A stretch of 60,738 bases of DNA, filler included. It is 4 parts of 4 records of this genome, joined end to end, with 100 filler letters (N's around TTAATTAATTAA, not from the genome) between each part and the next. Parts side by side here need not be neighbours in the genome. Positions count along the whole stretch, not along the records: positions 1 to 21,385 come from DRR723986_8216; 3 more parts are not named here. One strand, 5' to 3'. Below the pieces are notes generated by a model. It worked only from the letters and a program-made list of their open reading frames with translations, was not told where the DNA came from and made no database searches. Positions 1 to 8,900 of the stretch are shown in pieces; positions within the stretch are counted from its first letter, which is position 1, and every line of letters starts with the position of its first letter. Both the position numbers and the translations under genes were made by a program.

Positions 1-29
1 CGCGGGTTCGAGTCCTGCAGCCGGCACCA
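1..29 (+). tRNA. 3' end of tRNA-Thr (T-arm, acceptor strand, CCA); left att junction
   Basis: CGCGGGTTCGAGTCCTGCAGCCGGCACCA has a GTTCGAG T-loop and CCA end. Identity inferred from the overlapping right-end copy with a TGT anticodon. Confidence 0.85.
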
Positions 30-101
30 TAGGAAACCTGTAGTAAATACTACAGATCGCGCCAGACGGCAAAATCCACAAAAATTGGGCCGCCCCAAGC
101 C

Positions 102-122
102 GCGTGCAGTTTGCGTGCAGTT
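102..122 (+). repeat. Tandem 11-bp repeat GCGTGCAGTTTGCGTGCAGTT, probable integrase arm-type site
   Basis: Identical 21-mer at 21183-21203, at the opposite end of the element. Confidence 0.75.
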
Positions 123-206
123 CTGGGCGGGGCAGCTTCGGCAAGACCGGACAATGGCTAGCCATCTGCGCGGACCCGCCGCGCGTCCTTGCGCCCCTCG
201 CAGGCA

Positions 207-242
207 AGAAAAAGCCCCGCACCCGGAAGGCCGGGGCGGGGC
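207..242 (-). terminator. Intrinsic terminator of the leftward operon
   Basis: On the minus strand, a GC-rich hairpin (GCCCCGC...GCGGGGC) followed by TTTTTCTT, just past the stop at 255. Confidence 0.7.
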
Positions 243-254
243 GTTATCGCAGGA

Positions 255-1076
255 TCAGGCACGCAGCTCTGTGTTGAACTCGATCACGTCAGCCAGTGTC
301 CTGGCTACCTCGTTTTCGAGCGCCTCGGCTCCTCGGTAAGCTTCGTCGAGTTCCGCAGCCTTCTTGCCGCCGATGACAAAGCCACCAATGAAGGACAGCG
401 CTGTCGAAAGAATGGTCAGCAAAGCTGCATAAAGCTCTGCCTCGCCCTTCCTGAAGGCGGCCTCGGTCACCGTGACGCCAGCGCCAACCGTGGCTGTGTG
501 GGCCGTCTCCTGCTCGCGTAGCGTCGCAAGACGCTGGCGAACCTCGCCGCCATAGTCTCGCATGGCTGCGAGCGTCAGCGGACCACGCTGGCCGTCTATG
601 GCGCCGCTATAAGCGTCCATCGCGGAGAGCAGCAATTGCGCCGCCTCCACCTCTGCTGGATCGCTGGCCAGCATGAGCTGTCGGTGCGATTCCAGCTCTG
701 CGATCTCGGCGCGTGTCAGCGACAGCGCTTCAGTCGCGGTGCTGAAAGCCTGGTCGCGGTCTGCGCCCGCCTGCGCGGCCTCGGCAACCGTGTTCAGGAA
801 GGCGATCCGGTTCGAGTACCAATCGAGCCCGCAGGCTCCGGCCAAGCAAATGGCCAGCACGCCAGCGGCGACAAACCTGCGGTCAGCAAGGTCTGCCGAG
901 ACTGCGACGCCAAGGCCGACGATGGAGACCGCAACAAGCGGGCCGAGCCATCCGGCAAAGGCGATGCCGATCAGCGAGCTGAAGCCGTCATAGGAGACGG
1001 AGCCGCTCACTGCCGAGAGGCCGAGGCTTGCTGCGATGAGCAGGCCACCGGCCAGTGGTCTGAGAATTGTGTTCAC
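255..1076 (-). CDS. Membrane protein with coiled coil and a peptidoglycan-binding-like motif
   Basis: GTG start after GGAGG. Three N-terminal and one C-terminal hydrophobic segments. YSGAIDGQRGPLTLAAMRDY resembles the PG_binding_1 consensus. Confidence 0.65.
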   Translation of the reverse strand: MNTILRPLAGGLLIAASLGLSAVSGSVSYDGFSSLIGIAFAGWLGPLVAVSIVGLGVAVSADLADRRFVAAGVLAICLAGACGLDWYSNRIAFLNTVAEAAQAGADRDQAFSTATEALSLTRAEIAELESHRQLMLASDPAEVEAAQLLLSAMDAYSGAIDGQRGPLTLAAMRDYGGEVRQRLATLREQETAHTATVGAGVTVTEAAFRKGEAELYAALLTILSTALSFIGGFVIGGKKAAELDEAYRGAEALENEVARTLADVIEFNTELRA

Positions 1077-1180
1077 GTAAGAACCTCCAAGGGTGATGGA
1101 TGCCCCTGATGCGGGGCGGTCGGTCGGATGACCGGGAAGGCCCACCCGCACGATGGCGAGTGGGCTAACCGAGTGATCCG

Positions 1181-1387
1181 TTAATTGGCTTTCGGGCTTT
1201 GCTTGTCGTCTGGCTGACCAGTGGTCAGCTCCTTGATCGCGTCTGCCGTGGCGACGACCTCCAGCGTGGTGCGCTCGACGTTGTCGTTGAGGCTGACGAT
1301 CATGTCCGTGTGAGCCTGCCGGAGTGCTGCGAGCAGTTCGCGGGTGCGGGCCAGTGACGCTTTAGCTTTTGCTGTTTTCGATGCCAT
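1181..1387 (-). CDS. Small helical hypothetical protein (MASKTAKAKA...)
   Basis: ATG preceded by GGAG; co-oriented with 255-1076. Confidence 0.6.
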   Translation of the reverse strand: MASKTAKAKASLARTRELLAALRQAHTDMIVSLNDNVERTTLEVVATADAIKELTTGQPDDKQSPKAN

Positions 1388-1701
1388 GAGGTGGAGTCTC
1401 CATGTGCCCCTGAAGCGGGGCGGCTTGCTGCGATATGCAGCGAGCGGCGCTCCATGAAGCGTCGTCCGCTGCACACCACCTGGGAGGAGGTTCCTGCGTG
1501 CCTGTTGTTCCTGCGATGTCAAACAACGATGGGAAGCTGTTCGCTCAGCGCCTTCCGGCCTGCTTCCTGCTGACCGTCTCAATATAGTGCAAAACGCTAT
1601 ATCAGGCAATCGGTGACGCTATATATTTCCGAATAAAGATACAGCGCCAAGCGATACAAAATCAGCCATATTCCGCTTCACGTCTTGTTAGGACATGAAA
1701 A

Positions 1702-2043
1702 ATGCTATACATCACTTGCATGATGACAGGTGAAGAACTCAGTGAAAATCGCGCGCGGCTTGGGCTGACGCAGGCAGAAATGGGCAAGTGGATTGCCGAC
1801 CAACTCGGTCTGACGCGGGCTTATGCGACCAGCGAAGTCTCGAACTGGGAGACAGGGCAGCGCGACGTCCCGGCCAAGGTTGCCGCCGCGCTGTGGCGAC
1901 ACAAGGCGCGGCGGCTTGAGGCCGAGAACAGGAAGCTAATGGCTGGTCAGCTTCCGCAAACCCAGTTTGACGCTATCGAGAAAATCGAGCTGTTGCTGAG
2001 CCAAGTCATGGACCTGCCGCGCGGCGACGATCCGCTGGAGTGA
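1702..2043 (+). CDS. XRE-family HTH regulator
   Basis: R..LGLTQAEMG...VSNWETG.R.VP is a typical HTH_3 pattern; divergent from the leftward operon. Confidence 0.8.
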   Translation: MLYITCMMTGEELSENRARLGLTQAEMGKWIADQLGLTRAYATSEVSNWETGQRDVPAKVAAALWRHKARRLEAENRKLMAGQLPQTQFDAIEKIELLLSQVMDLPRGDDPLE

Positions 2044-2125
2044 GCCTGGTCCGATTTATGAGGACATTTCCACCGGAGCAAGCTTAAACTAAGCTGAGCG
2101 AACGATCTGGGCGGGAACAGGAACG

Positions 2126-2665
2126 ATGAAGAAGCTTATAGCAGCCATCGCGGCGGCCTTGTGTGCAGCGCAGCCAGCTCTGGCCTATGAATGGGTCGGC
2201 AAGAAACACGGCTGCGTTACTGAGAGCGCCGACTACATTGACCAAAAGAACAAGACGACCGGGAAGTGGGTCGACTCGCCCGGGACGTTTTTTATTCACG
2301 TTCGCACATGCAGCCAGTTCGCCGCCGAGAAGGGGCTAACACCGGGCACGAAGCACGGATACGGCGCTGGTGTCGAACTTCTGCTGGATCAGGCTCGGCT
2401 GGACCTTTGCAGCGAACAAATTGAGGTGCTGGACAATGGCGTGATCCTTCAGGCCGAACGCCTCTTGGGGGAGGGGCGAATTGCGGACTTCAGCGCGAAA
2501 GCGATGGTGGGCCTCGAAAATGAAAAGCCATTTGTGGAGGAATGGCGCGGTCTGGTGCTTCGCCTGCATAAATCCGGTGAAGTGGACTTCAGCGAGCCAT
2601 CGTTTCTAAGCGGCGGCGGGCCAGCGTGGTTTATTCTTCACGCGACCTGCTCTCCGCTGGAATAG
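2126..2665 (+). CDS. Secreted hypothetical protein
   Basis: Sec signal MKKLIAAIAAALCAAQPALA; several cysteines. Confidence 0.7.
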   Translation: MKKLIAAIAAALCAAQPALAYEWVGKKHGCVTESADYIDQKNKTTGKWVDSPGTFFIHVRTCSQFAAEKGLTPGTKHGYGAGVELLLDQARLDLCSEQIEVLDNGVILQAERLLGEGRIADFSAKAMVGLENEKPFVEEWRGLVLRLHKSGEVDFSEPSFLSGGGPAWFILHATCSPLE

Positions 2666-2688
2666 GGCGAGGGGCGACAGCAAAACCA

Positions 2689-2910
2689 ATGGCCAGCGAC
2701 CTACCCACCGATCAGCAAGACGCCAAGCCGCCGCCCATGACCGGCGCGCAGCTGGACGCGATCCGGCGAGAGCTTGGCATGTCGTTCAACGAGCTGGCAG
2801 CCGCCATCGGTCGCGAAGGTCCGCACGCTGGCAAGCGCCTGCGCGAAATGGTTCGCGGATCGCGCAGGATAACGCTGCAGACAGCGCGCCTGGTTCGGAG
2901 CCTGCTGTGA
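2689..2910 (+). CDS. Small HTH (Cro/XRE-like) protein
   Basis: MTGAQLDAIRRELGMSFNELAAAIG...G.R.I pattern. Confidence 0.65.
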   Translation: MASDLPTDQQDAKPPPMTGAQLDAIRRELGMSFNELAAAIGREGPHAGKRLREMVRGSRRITLQTARLVRSLL

Positions 2911-3101
2911 AACCCCGACCCCGCCTAGAAGTCGTCTATATGGCTCTGCAGCGGCCAGCCAGCCGTGAAATTATGCGCAAGGTGGCCACGAAGGACTACA
3001 CCGAATACGGCGACGACAACGCCCTGCTGATGGAACTGGCGAAGATCGTGGACGCCGCTCTTCAGGCTGAGGTCCAACGGCGGCGGGCGAATGAGGATTA
3101 G
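2907..3101 (+). CDS. Small hypothetical protein
   Basis: GTGA overlap with the upstream stop; 64 aa. Confidence 0.45.
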   Translation: MKPRPRLEVVYMALQRPASREIMRKVATKDYTEYGDDNALLMELAKIVDAALQAEVQRRRANED

Positions 3102-3385
3102 CTAGCCATTTGCTAGCCCGCGTGGCGGACCCGGTTGTTTCGTACAAAAATCAGTACACGCCGTATAGCGGTTGACGCCCGCCGAGCTTGAGCGGCTGAA
3201 ACTGCGTGCTGCGGCTGAGATAGTAAACGCAGGATTAATTTATCGCGAAGCTGTGCACAACTCTGTGGGTAGACCGGCAAAAACGGCGTGTTTTTGCAAT
3301 AAATGCTGTTCACGGACGTTGTCGGCTGATTCGACATCGGGCATTTAAAGACTAGGCGATTAACTAATTGGAAAGGATTGCGCCG

Positions 3386-3643
3386 ATGTCCGAATGTCGA
3401 CACTCTCCCCAACAATTGCAAAAAATCGAAGCCATCGTCGCAGCGAAGCCGACATATCTGAGCCGCCGCGAAGCTGGCATCTATCTGCGCGTTGCAGAGC
3501 GCTCGCTGGGCCGCTGGGATAGCGGCGAGGACCGTCCAGCTGACTGGATTACCGCTTACCGTTTTGGCCGAAACGTCCGCTACCGCCTAGCGGATGTGCT
3601 CGCTTGGGCCGACGCTCAGCAGTCCAGCGCGGAGGCAAACTGA
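3386..3643 (+). CDS. Excisionase-like HTH_17 DNA-binding protein
   Basis: LSRREAGIYLRV..RSL.RW...YRFGRNVRYRLADVLAW; AAAGGA RBS. Confidence 0.75.
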   Translation: MSECRHSPQQLQKIEAIVAAKPTYLSRREAGIYLRVAERSLGRWDSGEDRPADWITAYRFGRNVRYRLADVLAWADAQQSSAEAN

Positions 3644-4149
3644 TGGGAATCATGAAACCCGCCTCTGACGTGATCTGGGCGCTCCGCAAGCATTACCGCA
3701 TAAGCCTGGTCGAGGCCGAGGCCATTATGGCTGACCCGGATTTCAAGGCAGCTGTCCGGTCTGGTCGCATGGCCGATGCCAATCGCACGCGCGTCTACGA
3801 CTATCCGAAGCTGCTGAAGTGGTGCGAGACCCACGACGTCGATGGCAACGTGCTGGAAGCGCCTGTAGAGCTGGCTGCGGCGCTGCAGGTTCCGCCGTCG
3901 GAGCACGAGGCCCGCGTCGTTGAGCGCGCAGGCCGCAAGGAGCTTATCGAACCGGGCAAGGCGCTTCCTGACCGGGCTCCGTATCTGGATGGCAACAGCG
4001 ACCCGGCGGCCTACAAGGCGTGGCTCGCCGCTCGCAAGCAGCGCGCAGCAGCAGCAGCGTCGGCGTCGGCCAAAGCGAGCGGGCGTCCGCCGAAGGGCTC
4101 CAAGGCCGACATGGATCGCAAGCGCGCAGCACGGAGGCCATTCAAATGA
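3643..4149 (+). CDS. Hypothetical protein with basic C-terminal tail
   Basis: TGATG coupling to the upstream gene. Confidence 0.6.
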   Translation: MGIMKPASDVIWALRKHYRISLVEAEAIMADPDFKAAVRSGRMADANRTRVYDYPKLLKWCETHDVDGNVLEAPVELAAALQVPPSEHEARVVERAGRKELIEPGKALPDRAPYLDGNSDPAAYKAWLAARKQRAAAAASASAKASGRPPKGSKADMDRKRAARRPFK

Positions 4150-4547
4150 GCTTCTTCTTGCCACCGGACGAACCGGAAGCGCGGCAGTTCGGCAAGACCC
4201 GCCAGATCGACCACCCGAGGGTCATTCCGTTTCCGAAACGACCGGCAGCGCGGCGCAAGGCGCTGCGGTCTGCGTCTGGCCTGACGCTGGAACATGCTTC
4301 CAGCCTGACGGATGGCTGGCGCTACGAAGTTTGCTGGCCATGCGCTGACCTGGCTGGCTACTCGATTTACATGACAAACGGCGACGGAGCAGGCTGCGAA
4401 TTCTTTACTGCTGACGAGATGCTTCTCTGGCTGGCTGACGGCGACCGACAGGGTCGGACCTACTATCTGACGGACCGAGAGCCTGCGGACCTTTACATTC
4501 CCTCTGGCTGCGAGCTTGAGCGCAACCGGCGGCGAAGCAGTGGCTAG
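4146..4547 (+). CDS. Hypothetical protein (MSFFLPPDEPEARQ...)
   Basis: ATGA coupling to the upstream gene. Confidence 0.55.
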   Translation: MSFFLPPDEPEARQFGKTRQIDHPRVIPFPKRPAARRKALRSASGLTLEHASSLTDGWRYEVCWPCADLAGYSIYMTNGDGAGCEFFTADEMLLWLADGDRQGRTYYLTDREPADLYIPSGCELERNRRRSSG

Positions 4548-4824
4548 CCATTGTCTCGTTCGAGACGCAGATTACGCCATTTAAGCCGGGCGGTGTGCTG
4601 GAAGCGCCGCCCGTTTTTTTTGCAGTAAACTTTCCTGTGGACAGAGTGGCCGCAAGCTCGGGCGGCTGGCGAGAATTTATCCAATTAAAACAGTCCGAAG
4701 GCGGACAGTGTAGCGATTTGCTACAGTTAACATGTTGTAAAACCACGAGTTTTTGGCAGGTGGTCGGGTTACATCGGAGGCAAATAGCTATAACTAAATT
4801 ACAAGTGCAAACAAAAAGGAGTGA

Positions 4825-5049
4825 ATGATGCACACTGACAATAACGACTTCAAACTGATCTCGCGGACCAAAGTTGCCGCGCGGCTTGGCGTCATGGACT
4901 ACACCGTCCGCGACATCGAGGCGTCGGACCCGACATTCCCGCGCGGTCGCCGCCTGGTCGCCAACAAGGACCGCGCCACGTTCTTCTATAGCCAGAAGGC
5001 TGTGGACGAATGGTTCGCCAAGAATTTCGGCAAGACCGAAACGGCTTAA
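4825..5049 (+). CDS. alpA: AlpA-like regulator/excisionase
   Basis: LISRTKVAARLGV...DPTFPRGRRL...YSQKAVDEW matches the AlpA pattern; AAGGAG RBS; directly upstream of the primase gene as in PICIs. Confidence 0.7.
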   Translation: MMHTDNNDFKLISRTKVAARLGVMDYTVRDIEASDPTFPRGRRLVANKDRATFFYSQKAVDEWFAKNFGKTETA

Positions 5050-5051
5050 AG

Positions 5052-5083
5052 AAAAAACCCGCCAGCGCGTCACTGGCGGGTTT
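5052..5083. terminator. Hairpin, possible bidirectional terminator or attenuator between alpA and the primase gene
   Basis: AAACCCGCCAG-N7-CTGGCGGGTTT perfect 11-bp inverted repeat. Confidence 0.55.
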
Positions 5084-5182
5084 CCTGACGTTTTCGCGGC
5101 CTGACGAACCGCTTCTCACACCTGAGCCGGACGTTTTTGGGAGACACCGACTGTTCTGCGCAGAATCAAAAGGAGAAATCCT

Positions 5183-8100
5183 GTGCGAGTTTCAGATAAC
5201 AACTCGAACGACGAAAAGCAAGACGCTTTTCAGCATACGAAGCAAAAAGCTTCAGCTGGCCTGTCTCCCAGTGGCCAGAATGCGTTGCTGTACGCTGAGC
5301 AATTTGGCGCGCGCCTGCTTCCGCTTGGCATTTATGACAAAGAGAAGTCCGAGGCTGACAACAAGTGCGCGAAGCAGCCGCTGAACGTCTGCACGAAATG
5401 CGCGTGTCGCCTGCCGCCCATGAAGCAGATGGCGAAGGTGTCCTGCCGGAAATGTGGCGCTAAATACGCTCGCGGCGAGACAGGCGTCCACCTCGCGACC
5501 AGCGATCCGCAGGTGCTTACGTCGATCTGGTCGACCTTTCCGAAGGCTGGCATCGGATGGGCGATGGGACCGCAAGACGATGGCCGGGTTCTTGTTGCTA
5601 TCGACGTCGACGTCGACAAGTCGACCGGCAAGCCGTCGGAGGAGTGGCTGGCGCTGCTGGCGAAGCATGGCGAGCTTCCCATGACGTTGCGCGCCGTGAC
5701 CGGCTCTGGCGGACAGCACTATGTTTTCGAAGTCGATGCTGCAGACGCTCTGCCGAAGAACTCGGTGCGGAAGCTGGCCGATGGCGTCGATACGCGAGGA
5801 GAGGGCGGATACATCGCTGTGTTTCCGACCGTTCATCCGAATGGAAATCAGTACAAGTGGCACAAGGAAGCGCTGCCGTCCAAGACCCCCATTGCGAAGC
5901 TGCCGGAATGGCTGGCTGAGCGCCTACGGCCTGCGCCGGTCGCTGCGCCGGAGCCAGTGACCGAGAGAACGCGGAGCCTGGTCGCCGAACTTGGCGATAA
6001 CCCGCAGCTCGCAAAGAAGCTGGACGCTTATGTTACAAGTGCGCTCGACGGCGAGGTCGGCAACCTTGCTGGCCAGCAAGTGGGCGGGCGCAACGATGCG
6101 CTGAACAAGGCCGCCTTCAGGCTCGGACATTTCGTAGGCGGCGGCCTGCTGAGCCGCGCCGATGTGGAAGCACGGCTGGAAAGCGCTGCTGCCGAAAATG
6201 GGTCGTGGTCCGACGATGGACCGGCGGTCTGCAAAACGACGATTGCGAGCGGCCTGACGGCTGGCATGGCTAAGCCGATTTCGCAGGAGGAAATCGTCCA
6301 GAAGCTCACCGCGGAGGACGAGGCCAAGCGCGCCAGCAGGCAACGTCCTGCGGCGGCGAGTGTGAAGCCTGTCCCGCGTGTCGCGCGCGCTGTGGGCGAG
6401 GCCGGTGGCGCTGCTGTGGGCCAGCATGGCCAGCAGGATGTGATCGACCCGGAAACGGGTGAGGTGCTGGAGGAGGCGGCGGTGGAGCGGGTGGCTGCTG
6501 CGGTTATCCCCTTCGCCCGCCCGGGCGAGGCCGGTGGCGCAGACGCCAGCGCTGTCGACGCGTGGGACCCGTGGGCCGATGAATGGCCGTGGGACGTTCT
6601 GAATGACCGCATGAGCGCGGACGCGCGCGAACGGCTGATTGACCGGTTGGCAGAGCTGCCGTCGCACCGCCTCGCACACTGGATGGAGCACTCCAAAAAA
6701 GTTCTGGCCATGACGAAGGCGGAACTCACAAACGCGGTTCGCGCCCGCGCAGCTGCCTTCCGCAAGGCAGCGCGTGAGGCCGCCATCGCTGACAGCGAGC
6801 AGGCGCGCGACGCAGCACGCGAAGCGCGCATGGCGGCGGGTGTAAATTCCATCGTCGCTGCCGCTCCCGAGGACATCGCTGGCGTCCACGAATGGACGAC
6901 CGGCTGCGACACGCAGATCGCCGGGTGCCTCATGGCGGACTTGAACCGCTTCTATGGCCAGCAGATCGTGACCGCCGACGGCGAGGCCTACGGCTGGACC
7001 GGCGAGCGCTGGGAGCCGGTTCGTCCAGAAATCCTGCGCACGTCGATCATGCGATACAGGGGCCAGGAGCGCGGCGATGGCGAGCTGGCCATGAACCGCG
7101 CACGCATCGACGGGTCTATGAAAAACGTGTGGGACGAAACGGGGCGGCCTGGCTTCTTCACCAACGCTGCGGTCGGTCTTAATACGAAGACCGGCTTCTG
7201 GACGCTCGGGCCGGACGGCAAGCTTCGCCGGGAAGACCCGCACCCAGAACAAGCGCAGCGGCATGTCATCGACGCCGATTTCGATGGCTCGCCATTGGTC
7301 TTTGCGCCGGATGGCTCGCTACTCAACAAGTTTCTTATGGGCTGCTTTGGCAACGACGACGATTGCGCTGAGAAGATCGACCTCCTGCAGGAGATTGCAG
7401 GCTGCCTGCTGTTCGACATGACCAGCACGCTGACCAGTCCGGCTGCCATCGTGCTTTATGGCCCATCTGCAGGAAACGGGAAGTCGGAGATCATCAAGCT
7501 GCTGACCGCCATGCTGCCGAGCGATGCGCATTCGGTCGTGAAGCCTAGCCAGTTTGGTGAAGCCTTCGCTGCCGCCGGTCTGGCTGGGTCGCGCTTTAAT
7601 TTCGCTGGCGAGCTTGAGCGCCACATCATGTCAGATGCATTCAAGACGGTCGTCTCGGGCGACGAGATCAGCGCACGCGAGCCATACAAGCCGCACTTCA
7701 TCGTGAAGCCTCGTGCGCTGCATATGTTCGCCGCGAACGAGCTGCCAAGCTTCACCAACGGCATGGATCAAGGCGTCCGACGTCGCCTTCTGGTGCTGAC
7801 CTTCAACCGCTCGATCCCAATAGCTGAGCGCATCGCCAATATCGGCGAGCTAATCGCCAGCACTGAGCGAAATATCCTTGTCGCATGGGCGGTCGCTGGC
7901 GCGATCAGGCTGGCCACGCAGGGCGGCTTTACGCGACCTGCGTCCAATGCCGAGGCGATGGATGAGTGGGTCGAGATCGCAGATTCCGTTAGCGCATGGT
8001 GTCAGCATCACCTGACCGTGACCGGCGAGCAGCACGACCGAGTGACAGTAAGCGACGCTTTTGACAGCTACGAGAAGTGGTGCGACCGCGAGCGGCTGGG

Positions 8101-8230
8101 CTCAGCTAGCCGCTGCCCCAAGAACCGTTTTTCCTCGCGGGTGGTCGCGGCCCTGCAGGGTGCTGAGCGTCAGAAGAGCGGGTCGACGAGGTTTGTTCGC
8201 TGTGTGCGGATGACCACCAAAGTCGACTGA
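5183..8230 (+). CDS. Bifunctional Prim-Pol primase fused to a D5-like SF3 helicase (replication initiator)
   Basis: Prim-Pol motifs VAIDVD, TGSGGQHYVF, DTRGEGGYI..PT.HPNG..Y.W; GGRNDALN (PriCT-like); Walker A GPSAGNGKS, motif C FAANELP, RRRLLV. Confidence 0.9.
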   Translation: MRVSDNNSNDEKQDAFQHTKQKASAGLSPSGQNALLYAEQFGARLLPLGIYDKEKSEADNKCAKQPLNVCTKCACRLPPMKQMAKVSCRKCGAKYARGETGVHLATSDPQVLTSIWSTFPKAGIGWAMGPQDDGRVLVAIDVDVDKSTGKPSEEWLALLAKHGELPMTLRAVTGSGGQHYVFEVDAADALPKNSVRKLADGVDTRGEGGYIAVFPTVHPNGNQYKWHKEALPSKTPIAKLPEWLAERLRPAPVAAPEPVTERTRSLVAELGDNPQLAKKLDAYVTSALDGEVGNLAGQQVGGRNDALNKAAFRLGHFVGGGLLSRADVEARLESAAAENGSWSDDGPAVCKTTIASGLTAGMAKPISQEEIVQKLTAEDEAKRASRQRPAAASVKPVPRVARAVGEAGGAAVGQHGQQDVIDPETGEVLEEAAVERVAAAVIPFARPGEAGGADASAVDAWDPWADEWPWDVLNDRMSADARERLIDRLAELPSHRLAHWMEHSKKVLAMTKAELTNAVRARAAAFRKAAREAAIADSEQARDAAREARMAAGVNSIVAAAPEDIAGVHEWTTGCDTQIAGCLMADLNRFYGQQIVTADGEAYGWTGERWEPVRPEILRTSIMRYRGQERGDGELAMNRARIDGSMKNVWDETGRPGFFTNAAVGLNTKTGFWTLGPDGKLRREDPHPEQAQRHVIDADFDGSPLVFAPDGSLLNKFLMGCFGNDDDCAEKIDLLQEIAGCLLFDMTSTLTSPAAIVLYGPSAGNGKSEIIKLLTAMLPSDAHSVVKPSQFGEAFAAAGLAGSRFNFAGELERHIMSDAFKTVVSGDEISAREPYKPHFIVKPRALHMFAANELPSFTNGMDQGVRRRLLVLTFNRSIPIAERIANIGELIASTERNILVAWAVAGAIRLATQGGFTRPASNAEAMDEWVEIADSVSAWCQHHLTVTGEQHDRVTVSDAFDSYEKWCDRERLGSASRCPKNRFSSRVVAALQGAERQKSGSTRFVRCVRMTTKVD

Positions 8231-8249
8231 CAGGTCGAAATAAAGCAGA

Positions 8250-8620
8250 TCGCTTTGGTACAGTGATGGGGCAGTGGAATTTACCACTGTCCCTTTTTTA
8301 TGTGCTTGTTTTTAAAGTATTTATTTCCTCTTTGGGACAATGGTACAGTGAAAATAGTATTAAAGACATATATACCACTAACATTTATTGATAATCAATA
8401 AACAGCGGAGCCGTATAAGAAAAGTTTGGGAAGTTCACTGCCCCAAGCCCAAAATATCGACACCGCATTGAATTTATTCAGAAATACGTGGGCTCGTGCC
8501 TTTTTGCACTGTACCACGCACTGTACCAAACCGTCCCAAATCCCGGATTGAGCACAAAACCGACCCGGTGAGGCGAACCAATGGCTGGCTTTTTGAGACG
8601 GGCAATTTGGTACAGTGGAA
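8250..8620. other. Putative replication origin with iterons
   Basis: TGGTACAGTG at 8256, 8341, 8608 and reverse-complemented at 8507, 8519, plus variants, around an AT-rich core immediately after the replicase. Confidence 0.75.
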
Positions 8621-8900
8621 AGAAACCCTCAGCTCCGTATAGCAACGTTGTAGCACCGACTTTGCCGGGCAGCCTGCGAAGCGATGCGCTTTGGTTTGTG
8701 CCGGGAAGGTCGGCAGGCGGAAGCCTGGTGAGGGGCTGGCAACTGGCTGGTGAGGGAGGCGGGAAAAAGGCCGGGAAGAGACTGGTGAGGGGGAAGCCAC
8801 CCGGACCAGCTCCAAGCGTCCTGCGCACGCGCGTACCCGCGTGGCTGGCAAAAATCGGCGAATAACGATACGCAAGCGGAACGAAATCCGAGGAGCAACC

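Noticed and set aside
3250-3275. DnaA-box-like TGTGCACAA / TGTGGGTAG
   Set aside because: Mismatched to consensus and too few to support an origin.
8250-8800. Short repeats as a possible CRISPR array
   Set aside because: Only 10 bp, in mixed orientation with irregular spacing, and no cas genes; better explained as iterons or binding sites.
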